The notes below the pieces were generated by a model that made no database searches, was not told the origin of the DNA, and was given only the letters and a program-made list of their open reading frames with translations. A stretch of DNA of 64,000 nucleotides from Eledone cirrhosa (lineage: Eukaryota). How positions within the stretch are numbered: the first letter of the stretch is position 1; every line of letters begins with the position of its first letter. Position numbers and translations under genes: made by a program. Shown here piece by piece: positions 26,084 to 39,366 of the stretch. The stretch is from positions 109,430,001-109,494,000 of the forward strand of contig OZ024744.1 in assembly GCA_964016885.1 (NCBI GenBank), written 5' to 3'.

Positions 26084-26085
<2 letters not shown>
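25725..26085 (+). mobile_element. RTE-clade LINE 3' fragment inserted in (TA)n
   Basis: DGCYTRMLRMALNI...RRLRLAGHAHRHPE...LLWEPLHG...RGRPRLTYVD...DRDRWR*; (TA)n on both sides. Confidence 0.85.
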
Positions 26086-26150
<65 letters not shown>

Positions 26151-26319
26151 AAGAGTGAAGAATAACATGGTCAACAGTACAAGAAGGGTTTTATTTACAG
26201 TATTAACAATTGTTTCATTGATTAAGTTGTCTTAAAATTGTTAATCACTTGAAGTTGTGTCACTCAATCTTAAATACGATGTATGTTTAACCAGATCATC
26301 AGAAAAACTGATATATATG

Positions 26320-26350
<31 letters not shown>

Positions 26351-26376
26351 AATAATAAACAACACAATATAAAATA

Positions 26377-26446
26377 ATTTAATACCAAAGGTTTCAGGAA
26401 ACTAGACGATCCTTACAGAAACGTCCAGCTCGTTCATCAGATAAAA
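26377..26446 (-). ncRNA. Type I hammerhead motif
   Basis: Minus: TTTTAT-CTGATGA-(GAGCTGGACG...CGTCTAGTTT)-GAA-ACC-TTT-GGT-A-TTAAA. Confidence 0.6.
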
Positions 26447-26639
26447 TAGTTATGTTTTGTATATCCAAATGGAATAATTATACTGTGTTGTTTATTATAT
26501 AATTAAATAGCTCTGTACTATATATAGAGCACTCTTCGTTCCTTTACCTTTTCTACGGAAATACTTAACACACACACACGCACACACACTCATATATATA
26601 TACATACATATATATACACACACACGTTCCTAGAGCACC

Positions 26640-27090
26640 TGCGAAGAGTGAAAAATCGCGAATATTGGTCGTGGTCCATAACAATGCCTATAAAGGTCAA
26701 GGCATAACGTAAAATGTATATTGTTATTAATAATTAAGCGTTAAAAAGCGCGAATAAATATATATTGCCACGCAAAAGATATTTACGATTCTGCAAATAT
26801 GTGGTGGTTTCCACAAACAATTATTAGTTAGGTTCTAAGGAAAATTCCCTGAATATCCGGTACCGCGAATGACGGGAGTACACTGTATATATCGTCTGTT
26901 CGGTTTGAACGCGAACTTGAAGTACGCGAATTCGCTTTAACACCTCTTGAAAAATATTAAATATTCACTTTGCGCGGTTAACGTGCTATAACGCGTGTGG
27001 TTTTTAATGTTTTTATTTATCAGAAATGTTAGACTTGAATTACACGAATTTTTTTTCACGCGCTGTGTTCTCGAACGCATCTTCGCATAA
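26640..27090. mobile_element. Probable Tigger/pogo-like MITE remnants
   Basis: CGCGAATGACGGGAGTACACTG|TA at ~26865-26888 resembles a CAG-initiated TIR with a TA site; CGCGAA-rich interior; matching opposite TIR not found. Confidence 0.35.
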
Positions 27091-27106
27091 AAAGCGAACA
27101 CACACA

Positions 27107-27185
<79 letters not shown>

Positions 27186-27239
27186 AGAGAGAGAGAGAGA
27201 GAGTGGGGGTGGGGGAGAGATGTAGTGGGATCTCAGGAA

Positions 27240-28110
27240 GCTTAGTTAGGAATGTAGGCTTTACATGTAGCAGCTGCACCGGGACAGCAAGCAGCAAATG
27301 ACCACAGGAAACAAGCACTACCAAATTCTGGGAGGGCTTGGTAGATAAAGTAGACAGCTTTTGCTACCTAGGTGACTGAATTAGCAGCGGAGGTGGGTGT
27401 TTGGAAAGTACAGTAACCAGAGTAAGAATGGGATGTAAGAAGTTCAGGGAACTACTGCCAGTGCTAGGGGCAAAAAGGCTTTTCCCTCAAAATGAAAGGC
27501 AGATTGTATGATGCGTGTATACGAACAGCAATGCTACATGGTAGTGAGATCTGGGTGTTGTGCGTGGAAGACTTGTGTAGATTAGAAAGAAATGAAGCTT
27601 GTATGCTCCAATGGATGTGTAATAGTAATATACGCGAAAGGCAAATCATAAACGAATTGAGAGAGAGAGACTAAGCATAAGAGTAATCAAATGCTGTGTG
27701 CAGGAGAGGAGGTTGCGCTGGTATGGACATGTGATGTGTATGCAGGATGACAGCTGTATAAAAAGGTGCAGAGCACTAGAAGTCGATGGAAGCCATGGAG
27801 TGGGGAGACCCAAGAAGACCTGGGAGGAGGTGATAAAAGCCGACCTTGCCAAATTGCACCGCTTAAAGATGATGACACATGACCGTGACCTCTGGCGTCA
27901 CACAGCAATACAGAAGACCCGACTTCCCACGGGTACAAGCCGAAGTTGAAGCATATAGACAATATGCCCGCACCCCTTCCCACTGCAAAGTGGTCGTGGA
28001 GGTGCCACGACAAAAAGCTCCCAGTACCCACTGTAAATTGGTCGTGGAGGTGTCACGACAAAAAGCTCCCTGTACTCACTGTAAAGTGGTCGTGTAGGGG
28101 CGACGGTAAG
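27240..28110 (+). mobile_element. RTE-clade LINE 3' fragment (second family) with 3' UTR
   Basis: VDSFCYLGD*ISSGGG...KGRLYDACIRTAMLHGSE...RLERNE...QERRLRWYGHVM...GRPKKTWEEVIKADL; stops and frameshifts. Confidence 0.85.
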
Positions 28111-28191
28111 CTCAAAATATCAGGTCATATAAATAAATTAAGGTAAAAACACTTGTTGTTTCAACCGACTTGTTTATTTGTTTATTCGTCC

Positions 28192-28307
<116 letters not shown>

Positions 28308-28874
28308 ATATATAAGTTTAAAAAAATAAAAAATAAAAACAATAACGAAGAGTGCAGTACAAACAGTGTTAGTATTACGTTCACGCTTGAGAGTGACATA
28401 AATAGGTAGATAGGTTCTGTTGGGTTCTGGACCCCAACTCATTCAGTCTGTCATAAGAAAAAGAAAAATAAAGATGGGTACCTGGTGTTGATTGTGCTTT
28501 CCTTTTAGGAATATATCATAAGAGTTTAAACAATGGCAGGTAATTTAGAAATTATTCAGAAAAATTTTTTTTTTAATCAGAAGATAATATCAGGGAGGAA
28601 ACTCTTGACAGACCACAGTCAAGGTTGAATAAAAATAGAAGAAAAATAATATTTTCTAGCTGACTCAAAGAATCCAATTCCCCTGATATACAAAATAAAC
28701 AGTAAATCAAAGTATACTTCTAGAGCTATTAGTTAGCTCTAAGCCATTTACTTAACATATACTTCCTCTCCCGAAGACAGCTGCAAAAGCAATCAAACCG
28801 TGTGTTGAGGCTGTATACTAAACTCGTCCTATGGACTGAGTGCTCTTACCCTTGGATATTTCTACCAAACTTTT

Positions 28875-28930
<56 letters not shown>

Positions 28931-28934
28931 GCGC

Positions 28935-29020
<86 letters not shown>

Positions 29021-29133
29021 GTGTGTGTTGGTGTGTGTGTTGGTGTGTTGGTGTGTGTGTCTGTGTGTATGTGTATAGAGAGAGATAAGAAAATGCGAAG
29101 TTGTTTCAGATGTTAAAATCCTTTATTGATAAG

Positions 29134-29208
29134 ACTGTGATACATATTTCAATAACGACAGTGGGCGTACGATTCCGAGTACCCAGTGCCATGATCTCAT
29201 CAGACAGC
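29134..29208 (-). ncRNA. Type I hammerhead ribozyme (left arm)
   Basis: Minus: GCTGT-CTGATGA-long stem II-GAAATATGTATC-ACAGT. Confidence 0.8.
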
Positions 29209-29355
29209 TTCTTACATAAGGTTTCGTTCTCGAGGCAATCCAAAGATGATGTTCTTGAAGCCATCGCCTGTTCCTTTGTGGCTCCATCATCTTTGTCCTT
29301 TTCCTTGTCGTATTAACTTGGCTTGCCTCGAGAACGTAACCTTATTATGTAACAA

Positions 29356-29430
29356 GCTGTCTGATGAGATCATGGCACTGGTTAGGCGGAATCGTGTGGC
29401 CACTGTCGTCATTGAAATATGTATCACAGC
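29356..29430 (+). ncRNA. Type I hammerhead ribozyme (right arm)
   Basis: GCTGT-CTGATGA-GATCATGGCA...TGTCGTCATT-GAAATATGT-ATC-ACAGC; 5-bp stem I, AUC cleavage triplet. Confidence 0.8.
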
Positions 29431-29612
29431 ATTTTCAATAAAGGACTTTAACATCTGAAACTACTGCGCATTTTCTTATTCTAAATATATTCCATCATTT
29501 CTATATGGAAAAATATGTAGAGTTCTTCAATTGAATTGCATCAGTTTTTACCGTATATCCCTTCCCTATATTGTACCGATTGTGTTGTTATTTCTGTTTA
29601 CCTTTTACATAT

Positions 29613-29652
<40 letters not shown>

Positions 29653-29693
29653 GAAACATAAGTCAATTGCATGAACTCATAATCTTTTATTTA

Positions 29694-29747
29694 CTGCTAT
29701 ATATATTTCGATGATAGCCATTGAGTGGCTATGACCTCATCAGGCAG
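29694..29747 (-). ncRNA. Type I hammerhead ribozyme, intact core
   Basis: Minus: CTGC-CTGATGA-GGTCATAGCCA-CTCAA-TGGCTATCATC-GAAATATAT-ATA-GCAG. Confidence 0.8.
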
Positions 29748-30232
29748 CTAGTCAGTTCTTAGATATGCCAGCTCTGTGTTTTTGGTGTTGATTGTATCAG
29801 AGCCTTGGGACATATGAGCTTGTTAGGAATAAGTTGTCAGCAGAAATAATCTTAATTCTCATTGGTCAGTTTGTAGATGCTAGTAGGGTTGGTATTTGAC
29901 CTCAAAGAGGCAGGTGGTGTTGTAAAGTTCAAACCATCAGGCAAGATGACAATAGTTCCATATGACTGATTTTCACAAAAAGCATTCCTGGTCAGATATA
30001 TATTCAATTGGGGTTTATAGTATGAAATTCGATACTACAGGTCAATCTTAAATTGAGGAATTTATGTAGGGTGGTACTACTGAAAATTATGGTTAGAGTA
30101 GAATACTAGAAAATTTACATTCTACCTCGGTCGGCCGCCCAAGGTAGAAGCTGCTAAATGTTCGGTCGTCCTCTTGTCCCTGATTTTCACTCCCATGGAT
30201 TTTATCTGTTATATTCCTTTGTTATATTTTGA

Positions 30233-30290
30233 ATACCTGATGATGTCACCGAATTCTTACTGAACCCGGTCATTGAAATGATCATCGTAT
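30233..30290 (+). ncRNA. Type I hammerhead motif within a repeat (30148-30330) homologous to 4297-4495
   Basis: ATAC-CTGATGA...GAA-ATGATCAT-C-GTAT-AATAAA; palindromic stem III, AUC triplet, imperfect stem II. Confidence 0.65.
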
Positions 30291-30666
30291 AATAAACCTT
30301 TCAAGGATTTACACCAGTCCAGCCTCCTATTATTTTATAATATATATGTGGGGGGTGGGGGTGTAAATACAAACATGCACACACGTACCAGTACATATAT
30401 GCACCCACACATACATACACATACACTCCAACATACCCACGCACACATGGACATGCACACACATGCATCTACAAAATGCACAACACACACGCATTGATAC
30501 ACATACATACACACATTGGCGACATACATACACACACTTCTAGACTGAAACATACGTGGAGAGACAAAGGAATAACATATGAGAGGGTTGGTCGTGGGTA
30601 GAAGGAAATAAAAGAAAAATAAATAAGATTAAGATACAAAAGCAAACGGCCCCACCCTGAAAGCAT

Positions 30667-30760
<94 letters not shown>

Positions 30761-31349
30761 AAAAACATACTCACAAAGGTAAACACATATACACAAACAC
30801 ACTCATACACATAAAAACACACAGAGGCATGTACACAGACACACATACACACACTTATACACTGACACACAAACCCACAAAGACATATACACAAATATAC
30901 ACAAACATACACAAACACATATACAAACATACACACAAGCTCACATACATACAATCGCACTGACACAGAAACATACATTCACCCAGAAACACATATATAC
31001 ACAAACATATTTTACACACGCACAGACACATATATACACGTGTACGTACACAAACGCACTCATGTCCGCATACACTCTCATATACATAGATAGGTACTTG
31101 CACACACTCAATAAAGTAGTTTCTGGGGTAAATGTTTTGGAGCATTGAGTACACGGATCTGAAATTTGAAAGTTGCGCAATGAAATTCTCAATAAAAAGA
31201 TTTGTTTATCTTTCACTAATGTTGGACTAAATACCTTTCAAATGGTTGAAAGAAGTTGGGATCTGATAATGTTCTAATTTCAAATGTATTCGAATATTAT
31301 CGTCAAACTTCAGCCAACAATATAAATAAAAGTGATTTCTTATACGAAT

Positions 31350-31462
31350 TCGCGTGGTCTAGTGGTTAGGGTGCCGATTTAATTATCATAAGGTTGTTGG
31401 TTTGATTCGTGGACCGGGTAGTGCATTATGTTCTTTAGCAAAACACTTCATTTCACATTACT
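31350..31462 (+). mobile_element. Second tRNA-derived SINE family, partial (also 34350-34480 -, 34870-34990 +, 41490-41605 -)
   Basis: TGGTCTAGTGG A-box, GGTT(T/C)GATTC B-box, then GTTCTT(T/G)AGCAA(A/G)ACACTT(C/T)ATTTCAC. Confidence 0.65.
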
Positions 31463-31469
31463 TTACATG

Positions 31470-31800
31470 GTAAGATTGGGATTTCTGTCATTAAAACATC
31501 AATGAGACCTCCAATGAGAGACAACCTTATAGAAGATTAACTAAACTTACATAGGTGTCAGCTGCAAAACATAATTATTTATGATATGGCAGAGAACCGT
31601 ATCATTAAAACACAAAAGAAACCTCCTATGAGATAGAACCTTGTAGGAGACCAGCTAAAGCTCCATATATGTAAGCTGTAACACCAATATAAGAGTGTAG
31701 ATAGGACTGGGAGTCACTATCATTAAAACATCATAGAAAACTTTTATGAGATGCAACTTCATGGGAGGTCACTTAACCCCACATAAATGTGAGCTATAAA
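31470..31800 (+). repeat. Degenerate ~100-bp tandem unit (ATTAAAACA...AACCT...ATGAGA...AACCTTGTAGGAG...)
   Basis: Three units here; same family at 35740-36270 and inverted at 36850-37065. Confidence 0.65.
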
Positions 31801-32320
31801 TTTCATTTATGATCTTGGCGATGTTTTATACAACATACCAACAACTATATTCCAAGAATCTAATATTTTTTTTATGAAAGGGTGCAAGTGATGTGCATCC
31901 CTGTATGTCGTAAAAGGTAACTTACAAGGGTGACACAGGTAATAAAATATTGCCTCAAAAAAGGACCGCAAGACGAGTATTAATTATACTTTGGCAAGGG
32001 AAAATGGCTTTAAAAAAAACGTTTGTTGTTATTGTTGAAGATCGCAGACTGATTAAATATTAACCGCTTCCCAATAGGTTTGTCTTTGAACGTTTAACGT
32101 TAGAGACTTCTGGTGTTCTGAGTCCCCGAACCACCTTCCAATGCACTGGTTTGCAGGAATGAACACTGTCTCTGTTTCAATGCGACTCCATCTCTCTACG
32201 ACATGGTAACACTGTCTCTATTTTGTCTGCTGGGACCATTAGGTCATTTGTCTCAGGGGTCACACTGTCCTGGTATATATCATTGAGGTAACGATGGTAT
32301 AGATTGCTGTTATTTATGCT

Positions 32321-32352
<32 letters not shown>

Positions 32353-32499
32353 ACCACACCCATACACACACACGCACTTACACACGCACATACACACACA
32401 TACAGTAAATAAGTAGCTAATATTTTTATTATCTCTGACAATGCTTCTAAAATAATCTACTCTTCCTTAATGAAACCTTCACAAACATTACACCATAAA

Positions 32500-32688
32500 T
32501 AATTGTTTCTACTTTTGGCACACGGCCAGCAATTACCCAGTACATTACTGGTACTTTATTTTATTGACCCCGTAAGGATGAAAGGCAAAGTTAACCTCGG
32601 CGGGATTTGAACTCAGATCGTAAAGAGACGTAACTATACTGGAAAGCATGGCGTCCGACTCTCTACCTATCCTTCCATTCCACCGCCC
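32500..32688 (-). mobile_element. Nin/Deu-like tRNA SINE, full length
   Basis: Same text as 4669-4846. Confidence 0.85.
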
Positions 32689-33174
32689 TTTAAACCATAA
32701 ATAATACTTGGCTATATAGTTATGTAGTTAAAGTATCGTACTTAATGTCTCAGCATTGGTATCTACATATTAAGTTCAAATCCCGCCGAGGCAAACTTTG
32801 CTATATTTATTCTCTTTCAGAGTCAATATATATAGCACTAGTTCAGTTTCCTGCTTTTTGAGTTCCCAGTTCAAACACCGCATCCTGTCACCGAAAAATG
32901 GTGACACTCCTGTCAAGCGTTGTGACCGGCAGATAGTAATATTAAGGGAAAACCTTGGTGAGACCCGGAAAATCCGATAAAGCTAATTAATCGTTCTAAA
33001 CTTTGTAAGCTTTCAAATTTCTGAATGGCTTCATTAATGCCAAGCAGTAAAAAGTTTTAGTCGATACTGTACGGAAAACAAGGAAATGTCGAATACACGT
33101 TTACAAATAGTTTATTACAAACTAAATAGTTAGAGTACATAGGTGAATAAATAATACTTGGCTATATAGTTATG

Positions 33175-33335
33175 TGGTGGCAAATTGGCAGAGTCGTTAG
33201 AACGCCGGATAGAATGCTTTAAGGTATTCGTTCAGGCTCTCTACTCTCTGAGTTCAAATCCCGCCGAGGTCAACTTTGCCTTTCATCCTTTCTAGGTCGA
33301 TAAAAAATAGTACCAGTCAAGTACTGGGATTGATT
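33175..33335 (+). mobile_element. Nin/Deu-like tRNA SINE, different subfamily
   Basis: GGCAGAGTCGTTAG...GAGTTCAAATCCCGCCGAGGTCAACTTTGCCTTTCATCC. Confidence 0.75.
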
Positions 33336-34589
33336 CTTCCTCTATGTCTCTTTCTCATTTCCTCTCTCTCACTTTCCATCTTTCCCTGGAAGAAATTTGC
33401 TGTACCCAGGCTTGGAGAGGAATGGGTTCCGTCTGGCTTAAAATGCCTAAGAAACGCCGTATGTCAATATGGCGCCCCTCTGCATCTACCAGAAGTTACG
33501 GGACCATACATATAGTTATGTAGTTTGCTTTGCAACCACATAGCGTCAGGTTCAGTCCCACTGCGTGGCGCCTTGGGCAAGTATATTTTACTATAGCATT
33601 GGATTGACCAGTAAAATGTGAGTGAAATTTAATAGATGAAAACTGTAAGGCAGTCTGTCATATATATATATATGGGGGGAGGTAAACGGAAAAAACAAAC
33701 CAAACTGCACAGCACAAAGCAGAAAAAGTCTTTACATTTCGGAAACATGTCCTTCATCAGAAGGTAGAATGAGAAAAACATATGAAATAGAAAGATAGAG
33801 TGAGAAAAGGAAGGAACCGAAAAAAGAATTTTAAAAAAGGCACGTGTGTATTCAGTCAACCATTGTTATTGGCGGACGTGAGAATGAGTACACAATACAG
33901 AAGTAGAGTTTAAACATTTTATTATGACTAAGTGGGGAGTTTTGTTAATCTGGAGTCTCAGATGTGCACTCACAGGATAATCAGACACGCGCGTGTGTGT
34001 TCGGGGAGGATCGTAACATAGCAGATTGTTAAAAGGAATCGATAAAATAAGTATCAGACTTAACTAAATAAGGAATCAATATGATCGAGTACATAAGTCC
34101 AGCACGGTCGATGTCTATTTATTGAAAACATGAAAGTAAACGAATATGAATTAGCGACAGTGTGCAATAAAAATATAATTACAAGATTTAAAGCGATTAA
34201 GTAGTTAAAACTGAGAGACATTCGAAAAGAGAGTCTAATTACATAAACATATATATATATATAGGAACGATCGACTTTCGTCAAATCGGACCGAGGGAAC
34301 AATGTTTCCGTTGGTCTTTCCAATTGCTAATACTATCTATCGGTCGCAACTCCAGGTAGAAGGAGCAACGTGAAATAAAGTGTCTTGCTCAAGGACATAA
34401 CGCATCGCCTGGTCCAGGAATCGAACTCACAACCTTACGATTGCGAATCCAATTCTCTAACCACTCAGCCACACGCCTTCACTTACATAAACATAGGATA
34501 TTTTAGAAACAGAGATACAGACGCAAACACATTTATACATAAACACACTCATTCATACATACACACACACACACTCATTCAAGATGAAA

Positions 34590-34780
34590 ATAATTGTTTC
34601 TACTTTAGGCACAAGACCAGCAATTACCCAGTGCATTACTGGTACTTTATTTTATCGACCCCGTAAGGATGAAAGGCAAAGTCAACCTCGGCGGGATTTG
34701 AACTCAGATCGTAAAGGGATGTAACTATGCTGGAAAGCATGGCGTCCGACCCTCCACCGATACTGACAATCCACCGCCCT
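34590..34780 (-). mobile_element. Nin/Deu-like tRNA SINE, full length, flanked by the repeat TTCA(A/G)GATGAAAATA (probable target duplication)
   Basis: Family text; TTCAAGATGAAAATA at ~34578 and TTCAGGATGAAAATA at ~34780. Confidence 0.85.
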
Positions 34781-37474
34781 TCAGGATGAAAATACTAAGG
34801 ATTACACAGAAAGTTACAAGCAACACCAGGGATCATCGGATATGATCATAAACCAACACACTACATATACCACATGGCTTAGTGGTTAGAGCATTGGGCT
34901 TGCAATCGAAAGGTTGATGTGTTGTTTCCTTGAGCAAGACACTTTATTTCACGTTGCTCCAGTTTAGTCAGCTGTAGAAATGAGATGAAGAGGTGCCGGC
35001 TTGCCCGCCCAGCCAGTGGGATGGCGTTATCTTATGGCTAAAACAGCAGGACGTGCTGTGACCAGCGGCACCGAATGAACGCCCGACAGACTGGTCGGTC
35101 AAGGTGATCAAGGTGATATACGCTACATATACCATATATATATCGACTACATATACCAAATATATACACTACATATGCCACATACTCTCTCATACACGCG
35201 CACTATCTTTTTCATATACACATACACACACACACTTTATATACCATACACTCATGCACTACATATAACACACATACAATGTATATGTCACGTACCTACT
35301 AACACACACTATGTTCCTCATATACACACATATACTGTATATAACCACACATAATATCACTCCTAGTTTCCACCATTGATCAACAGATGTCAGTCACAGA
35401 TAGCACATTTATTTTAAAAGATGTCAGTCACAGATATCAACATTGGTTAAACAGATATCACATTTGTTTAACAGATATTAGTTAGAGATATCACCATTGT
35501 TTAACAGATATTACTCTGAGATATCATATTTGTTTTAAAGACATCACTCACTGATATGATCATTGGTCAACAATGCAAGAAGTAGAAAGTGGTAATGGTA
35601 AACAATATATTTAAGCCATAAAAGATTATTTTAATCTTGTCTGGACTTTATATCAGTTCTCAATAAGGTGTGGGAGTCGATTTGACGATCCGCTTAAGGA
35701 GACAATGATTCCATAGGTATTTCCATTGTTGACACTATCTGCCGGTTACCTCCACATTATAGGACTGGGGACCCCTATTATTAAAACTCCAATGAAAACA
35801 TCTTTAAGATACAACCTTGTAGGAGGTCAAATAAAACTACATTGGTGCGATCTGTAACTTTATAGGACTGGGGGCAGTGGGGGGGGGGGTCCATATCATC
35901 AACATTCCAGAGAACCCTTCCATAAGATAGAATCTTATAGGAGACCAGGTAAACCTACAGCAATATGTAGAATGTTGACAGGACTGGGGTACCTCTCATT
36001 AAAACACCCCCAAAAACCTCCTCTGAGATAAGAGGTGAACTAAACCTACATCGGTGAAAGCTGTAACAACAATATGTATAATTGATAGACTGACCCCCAC
36101 CCCCCTGCCATTAAAACACCCGAGAAACATCATATGAGACGGTAACTAAACCTAGATAGGTGCGAGTTGTAACAAAAACCATATATTTTCAGACACACTC
36201 GTGCACCGAAAAACACCAAAGGACGGGGTTAAAACACGCAAGAAACATCCTACGAGATGTACCAAGGCGGGTGTAAACCGTGAGGACGCACATTTCTGCC
36301 AAACTCTGTCTCTCTGTTCTGCGTGTCATATTAGCACGTACCCAGCCACTAAGTGCCAAGGCCTTTTCGGTTATTTTAATCCAATGAGGATCTGATGATG
36401 TCTCTTTTATTCACATTCTTAAACTATTTGTATTCAGAGACAAGATTTCCCAGCACAACATAAGACAAACCTAGTTCCACCCAGACCGGTTTAAACCAGC
36501 CAAATCAGCCACACCCACATCTTTGTTTAAACTAAACACGTGTTTTCAAAAAGTATATTCCTGAACCAGTTTCTATAACCACCAAACTCTTCTTCTATTT
36601 TCTCCCTCTCTAAAAAGACTTGATGTTCCTATAGCAACATGAAAAATGAGAAGGATATATTTCCTACAGCCCTATGGCATATTGTGGTCGGTTTGGGAAA
36701 AAAGACGGGATAGCCACAGCAACAATTCCTTTTTTCATGATCTGTTTGCTTCATCACAACTGACCATGGGCTAAACAGCCACAATAACAGAAATGTGTTA
36801 GTCACACGCGCAGTCTTAAGCTGTTCCTTGGCAAAATGAAAGGAATTTTATAACTCACACCTATATAGGTTTAGTTGACCTCTTAGGGGGTGTTTCTCAC
36901 AGCAGGTTTTCGGTTGTTTTAATGATAGGGGCCTAGTCCTATCAACATTACCTATTGTAGTTTAGCTGGCCTACCCATGTTGGATTAGTTGGCTTCCTAC
37001 AAGGTTGTCTCACATAGGTTTCTCCTGTGTTTTAATGACATAGGAGTTGAGACCCCAGTCCTGTCATAAAAAGCAACATGACAAGAAAAGCCTTACTCAA
37101 GAACATAACACCACACTTGGTCCATAAATAATACGACCTTATAATCGGGCGTCCAACAATCTCAGCACTTACCCACGTGACTTCACATTATTGTCCCACG
37201 TCAGTTCACACTATTGTCCCTATCATGAATGCACAAAAGAAACAAAAAAACATTTTAAAAACCCTTCTACGAGATGACATCTTCAGTGAAGCAAGACAAG
37301 CCGCGGTGGAGAGAATGTGTAGTATGTATAAAATCTAGGGCATGAATGCCAAAGATGACACACGAGTCGAAATATTGTGGTGCATGACTGCACATCTGAG
37401 ATGTTGGCAGGGCCGACGGAATGATCGAGGCCGACTAGGGAGTAGACTTGAGAAGTACATTACTAACTGAATCT

Positions 37475-37697
37475 TAAAGGATCAGTTTCATACATAGTTG
37501 TATAAATAGATAAAGGATCAGTTTCATACATAGTTGTATAAATAGTTTAAAGGATCAGTTTCATACATAGTTGTATAAATAGTTTAAAGGATCAGTTTCA
37601 TACATAGTTGTATAAATAGTTTAAAGGATCAGTTTCATACATAGTTGTATAAATAGTTTAAAGGATCAGTTTCATACATATTGTATAAATAGATAAA
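37475..37697. repeat. 36-37 bp minisatellite x6
   Basis: TAAAGGATCAGTTTCATACATAGTTGTATAAATAG(A/TT) repeated. Confidence 0.95.
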
Positions 37698-37931
37698 ATA
37701 TATGATTTCCTGCGAGCAATAAATGTCACAGATATCTTTGTCGCAAAACACCGTTGAGGAAATATCCAAAGCGGTAGAAAGTGCAATATGGTGCTATGAC
37801 TTGTCACATGATTTGGCCTAGGGGTGTATGCCCTGTGTAGTAGAAAATGCAGGCTTAGTAATTTTTTTCATATTGTCAAAACATGAAATGTCAAAACCGG
37901 GGTACGCCAGCTTACGAAATATGTTTAGCTG

Positions 37932-38240
37932 ACGAGGTTGACTTTGCCTTTCATCCTTACAGGGTCGATAAAATAAAGTACCAGTAATGCACTGGGTAAT
38001 TGCTGGCCTTGTGCCTAAAGTAGAAACAATTATTTTATATAAGAGAATATTGGTGGATTGGCAGTATCGGTGGAGGGTCGGACGCCATGCTTTCCAGCAT
38101 AGCTACGTCCCTTTAGGATCTGAGTTCAAATCCCGCCGAGGTTGACTTTGCCTTTCATCCTTACGGGGTCGATAGAATAAAGTACCAGTAATGCACTGGG
38201 TAATTGCTGGCCTTGTGCTTAAAGTAGAAACAATTATTTT
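37932..38240 (+). mobile_element. Two tandem Nin/Deu-like SINE copies (5'-truncated, then near full length)
   Basis: Family text at 37932-38036 and 38052-38240, both followed by ATAAGAGAA. Confidence 0.85.
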
Positions 38241-38334
38241 ACATAAGAGAAGCGGACACGAAATGTAGGGGTAGCCTAGAGCGATAAATACACAAACTTG
38301 GATGCAGGAACCAAACTTAAAACCTTCACGAAAC

Positions 38335-38422
38335 AATGAATACATGCTATGTGATAAAGTCAGAAGTTCATAAGTTGTACAACTTATGAACTTCTCACTT
38401 TATCACATAGCATGTATTCATT
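38335..38422. repeat. 88-bp spacerless palindrome
   Basis: 44-nt arms, one mismatch, centre GT|AC. Confidence 0.9.
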
Positions 38423-38670
38423 TTCTTATACCATTTTAAAGGGTCCGTCGAGCTGCCGATTATTGAGTCGGGTAAGATCGAACCTTGAGCTGATCAGTGG
38501 CGAAACGCGCGTCACCTACCAATAAACGTAATGAAGGAGTAACCAATCGTCCTTGTTATCTTTTCAATATAATACACTCTGTCTAGCTCTACACCTCGAC
38601 ACTGAAGTGAACCTAAACATCGAGTGTTCACCCGGGTGAACCTGCAGTAACTCCAAGTTACACTCCCTAG

Positions 38671-38784
<114 letters not shown>

Positions 38785-39259
38785 GTGCGCGTGTGTGTGT
38801 GTGCGTGTGTGTGTGTGTGTGTATGTGAGTATGTGTGTGTATGTGAGTGTGTGTGTATGTGTGTGTGCGTGAATGTGTGTGGTGTGTGTGTATGTGTGTG
38901 TGTGTATGTGCGTATAGTTGATACATAAACAAAGATAACATAGGAAGTAATTTTTACACAGTTATATTAGGTTCACGCTTGGTGGAAATGGGGAAGGTTT
39001 CGACGTTTCGGGCACACACATACAATCACACACACACACATACATACAAACACACATACGACATACACACACACACATATATATATATATATATTGTTTG
39101 GGTGGTCATGTTTCCAATATTGCCAATATTATAGAAAGAAACACGTGCACCATATATTTTCCACTTTATTTTTAACTTTACATTAACATTAACATATTTT
39201 AATACTTCGTTCCTTCTTCTTCTTCTTCTTCTTCTTCTTCTTCTTCTTCTTCTTCTTCT

Positions 39260-39366
<107 letters not shown>

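Larger units (their letters stand above)
29085..29479. repeat. Inverted pair of ~160-bp hammerhead-containing repeats
   Basis: 29085-29243 is the diverged reverse complement of 29318-29479. Confidence 0.9.

Noticed and set aside
36385-36450. CTGATGA followed by a TGTCTC/GAGACA stem
   Set aside because: No GAAA or stem III follows, so it is not counted as a hammerhead. The motifs at ~2000-2030, 24320-24365 and 24550-24600 are similarly incomplete.
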